The notes under the pieces were generated by a model, which worked only from the letters and a program-made list of their open reading frames with translations, did no database searches and had not been told where the DNA came from. From Raillietiella orientalis (taxonomy: Eukaryota), in NCBI GenBank assembly GCA_036172245.1, contig JAYWIR010000087.1, forward strand, positions 124,001 to 188,000: 64,000 bases of DNA. Reading direction: 5' to 3'. Numbering within the stretch: position 1 is the first letter of the stretch; every line of letters begins with the position of its first letter. Positions 60,919 through 64,000 of the stretch are shown one piece after another. The translations under genes were made by a program, and so were the position numbers.

Positions 60919-63025
60919 TTATCACACTGGTATGCCCGATGCGTTCATTTGTAAACTCTACATGCGTGGTACGAGGACTCACCACGGCCTTAAACACAGG
61001 ACCTGTCGGAACACCAAGACGGAGCCCGGCGTGGCACACCACGACAGCGAAAGGGGATGGAAATCAACCAAACAGAAAAATAAAAAAGAAACAAACAAAA
61101 AGAAGTTGGAATGCAGAAAAGGGATCACTTGTCGCTGTGAGGAGGGCCCATCCGTTGAAGGAAGCCCTCGGAGTCCATCCGCGTATTACCCAGTTGGGGC
61201 CGTCCGGCAGCACTTCGCAAGAAGCGTTGGGCATACGGGATGACATCCCTCGCCTGTGGGCCCACTTCTTCGTTCTTGGCGTCGTCCCATGCCGCCACGA
61301 TGCCACGGACGCAGCACAAGGCTGCGATGGCTGCGGCTGGCTGCAGTGCGTCCTTCACGAAGAGGGGCCGAAGAACGTCTCCGGGGGTGCTGCCTGTAGG
61401 GAGCCCAAGGGTCGTCCCGAACCGTTCCCAAAGGGGTCGGGGGGCAGCACAATCCACAATAAGGTGGGGAAGCGACTTCCGCTCCCCGCACCTGGCACAC
61501 GCAGGATCCACAGCTCCCCTCGTCCAGTGGAAGCGGCGCGCGTTGCAGGGTAGACCACAGTGCAACAAAAGCAACGCCGACTCTTGCCACTTAAGGGGCA
61601 GGATCCTGGATTCTTTCATCATAGGGGGCCACTTCAGCTCATCCCTGGGGATGGCGAGCAGCTCACCCCATCTTAATAGTCCTCGCGGCTGGACGCTCGG
61701 GGTCGTGGCGTCGCCCAGTTATCCTGTTGTCCAGCCGCTGATCAACTTCTCGCGTCCTTCGATGCAGCAGGAGACTTGCCACTTTGGCGTTCGGGTGCTG
61801 TGAAGTGCCCTCCTTAGGAAGGGCAGCGCCGTAGCTAGGCAGGTCGTCTTTGCCCACGTGCATCTTGCTGGACTCTCCAGAAGATTCCGCAGCGTGCAGC
61901 GGGCGTAGGGCTGCATCGGAGACGATTCCATGTCTCGTGGCTGTGCTGGTTTACCACTGCCCACGTTTCAATATTCTCCTGCAGCCAGGGGGGGAATTGA
62001 CGGGGCAGCAAACCATCCAGCTTTTCTCCTTGGCCAATATTGCCATGCGCCTGAGCAGTAGGCAGCATCTTCGAATCTTCCGGCCACGGCTCAGAAAAAA
62101 AGACGCTAGTCCATCGCACCGGGACACACGGCTGGCAAGGAGGCGGGCCGGAGTGTACCAAGGGGTGTTCCACATCTTTGCTGCGATGGCAAGGGTTTGA
62201 AACCGCAGCTGCTTCTCCACGCACTCCAGCTTCAGGAGTCCAATACCGCCGTCCCGACGCGGAGCGCACAAGTCCTTCAAAGAGACTTCGGGCGTCCCCT
62301 TGCCCAAAGGGCGATGCGGAGGAGGTCCTTTGTCCTCTTCATGGATTCCACGGTGAAGGGGCAAACCAAAAGCAAAAGGCGGAGGATGGGGGCCGCAATG
62401 ACGTTCCAAACCGCGGCCCGTTCCGGCAAGTGACACTTGCCTTCGAAGAACGCGCCGATCGCCGTCTCGACTTTCTGGAGGCAGCTGGACCACGCTTTCG
62501 CAGGGGAGTAGTTCCTTAACGGGACACCAAGGTACTTGGAGCACTTCGTCGTGGGAATCCTTAGACGGACGCATTCCTGCTTCCCTGCCCACGACGCACC
62601 TATTGGCACAACCGACGACTTCGTTCTGTTAACCTGGAGTCCGGTCCCGCTGCTCAGCAGATCGAAAAAATCTCCGACCGTCTTTGCCGGGGTGAACACT
62701 GGCAAGGAGAGCAAAAGATCTTCCGCGTACGCTGCTACGGGGGGCGTGCCAGGGCACCAGCTCATCAAGGGGGTTAAAGTCACTCTGCACGCTATCAGCA
62801 CTAAATCAAAGTAGGTACTGTAGAGCAGGGGGCTGAGGTTATCTCCTTGCTTTATGTCCCGCCGCACCGGCACCCCATACATCTTCTGACCGCTGAAGGA
62901 GACGCTTATCATCGCATTCCGCCAGCAAGAGCGCGGGTAGGAAATCAGAGACGGTGGGAAGCTCATGCGACCAAGGAGCTTCAAGAGGAGTTCTTGATCA
63001 ACATAGTTGACCGCGTTATGCGCTC
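60919..63025 (-). mobile_element. 3' part of family A element (RT C-half, zinc finger, 3' UTR)
   Basis: ORF 62277-62984 has IKQGDNLSP, YAED and KYLGV. ORF 61125-61622 has CARC..SLPHLIVDC. A decayed 3' motif lies at 60919-60949. Confidence 0.88.
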
Positions 63026-64000
63026 GAGGGGGGACGTGTTCTGTAGGTGCTCCTTGTGCCAGGAAGTCTCCCCCAGTGCAAGCGTCGTGTGCTTCGGTGG
63101 TCGATCAGGCAGCGATGCCTGACGCGACCAGCAGGGATAGCAAGGGGGCAGCGGCAACCCCGCCCCCAGAGGCGATGGAGAACCAGGGGGCGGCGGCAAC
63201 GTCGTCCCCAGAGGCGATAAAGGTGGAAGCATCGGCCCTCACAGAATCGGTCCCCGCTGCAGCGCGGGCGTGAAGCGCCGTTGTGTCGACGCCATCGCCT
63301 GCATTGCGGCGGATTTGTAGGCCTATGTAGAGGAGAGGTACAACAGCTCACTGTTCTACAAGGTAGGCAATCTTAATTCTTTAGACAGCGCGCGCGCTTT
63401 TTTGAAGGGCATGCGCGCTCTCGATGTGAAACAGGAGGAGATCAGCGCTATGACCATCCGCAGCGGGCGTCAGTACGTTGAGGTCATCTGCAAACATGCA
63501 GAGCTGACCCAACGATTGCTTAAAACCCTTGTTGTGATGGGGACGCGTAGACTCCTCCTCACTTTGGCGGATTGCAGCATGGTGGTCCACTTGTAAGGTG
63601 TAACCGCGAAAATGCGCAAAGAACAGGTTCGCGATGCCCTGCAACAGTTCGGAACGGTCCACGCGCAGTTGACGAAAGTTACTCCACTCGAGGAGACCAC
63701 GGGGCTGCAGCACGACCTCACGGCTGCGCGCGTGATCGTTCGGAAGTGCTGCACCCTTCCCCACAAACTAGTGGTCCAAGGCGAAACCGTGCACCTCTGG
63801 AATTTGGGAAAGCCGAAATACTGCGGCTTCTGCAATACTTCGGGTCACCTCAAAAAGAGGTGTTGAAACGTGCAGTGCCAAGTATGCGGCAAAATGGGGC
63901 ACACGAAAAAGGTGTGCCGAAAAGCAGCAGTGCGGAAGGTTTCCAAAAGAAACCTTAAAAAACGCGCATGGCTTCTGCAGAAAAGGCTGGCGGCGAAAGC
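63026..64000 (+). mobile_element. 5' part of an L1/Tx1-like element (5' UTR, ORF1), runs off the window
   Basis: GAGGGGGGACGTGTT start, LFYKVGNL, and CGFCNTSGHLKKRC. It abuts the decayed DLHKAFD codons of a minus-strand RT. Confidence 0.85.

Noticed and set aside
1..64000. CRISPR array, tRNA/rRNA/snRNA target genes, LTRs, RNase H, integrase
   Set aside because: I found no regularly spaced repeats, RNA-gene signatures or such domain motifs. The junction flanks I could resolve are other retrotransposon sequence.

Overview
This window is eukaryotic-type, GC-rich DNA made almost entirely of L1/Tx1-clade non-LTR retrotransposons, about 20 full-length, split or truncated pieces from at least 4 lineages. 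I found no host gene, RNA gene or prokaryotic feature. The typical element is 5.5-6 kb: ORF1 (RRM-like region plus CCHC zinc knuckles), then ORF2 (AP endonuclease, RT with YADD, C-terminal CCHC finger). Every copy carries stops or frameshifts. The arrangement is not random. (1) The elements insert into each other. 33.7-58.7 kb reads as a five-layer nest with strictly alternating orientation, supported by target-site duplications (TSDs) of varying quality. (2) One family repeatedly lands antisense in the same ~13-bp site, which encodes (G/E)FGEG in the endonuclease-RT linker of its relatives. (3) Elements end not in poly(A) but in AATAAA plus a stem-conserved CCCGG-N4/5-CCGGG hairpin, and most start with a GGACGTG motif. 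(4) ORF1 and ORF2 are joined by TAATG/TGATG stop-start overlaps, or TAACA in one family. (5) A divergent element at 25002-29284 has a perfect 17-bp TSD and encodes gag-like ORF1 fused in one reading frame to RT, with no endonuclease domain. Family labels A-E are my own by-eye groupings. The host organism and chromosomal context cannot be determined from this window.
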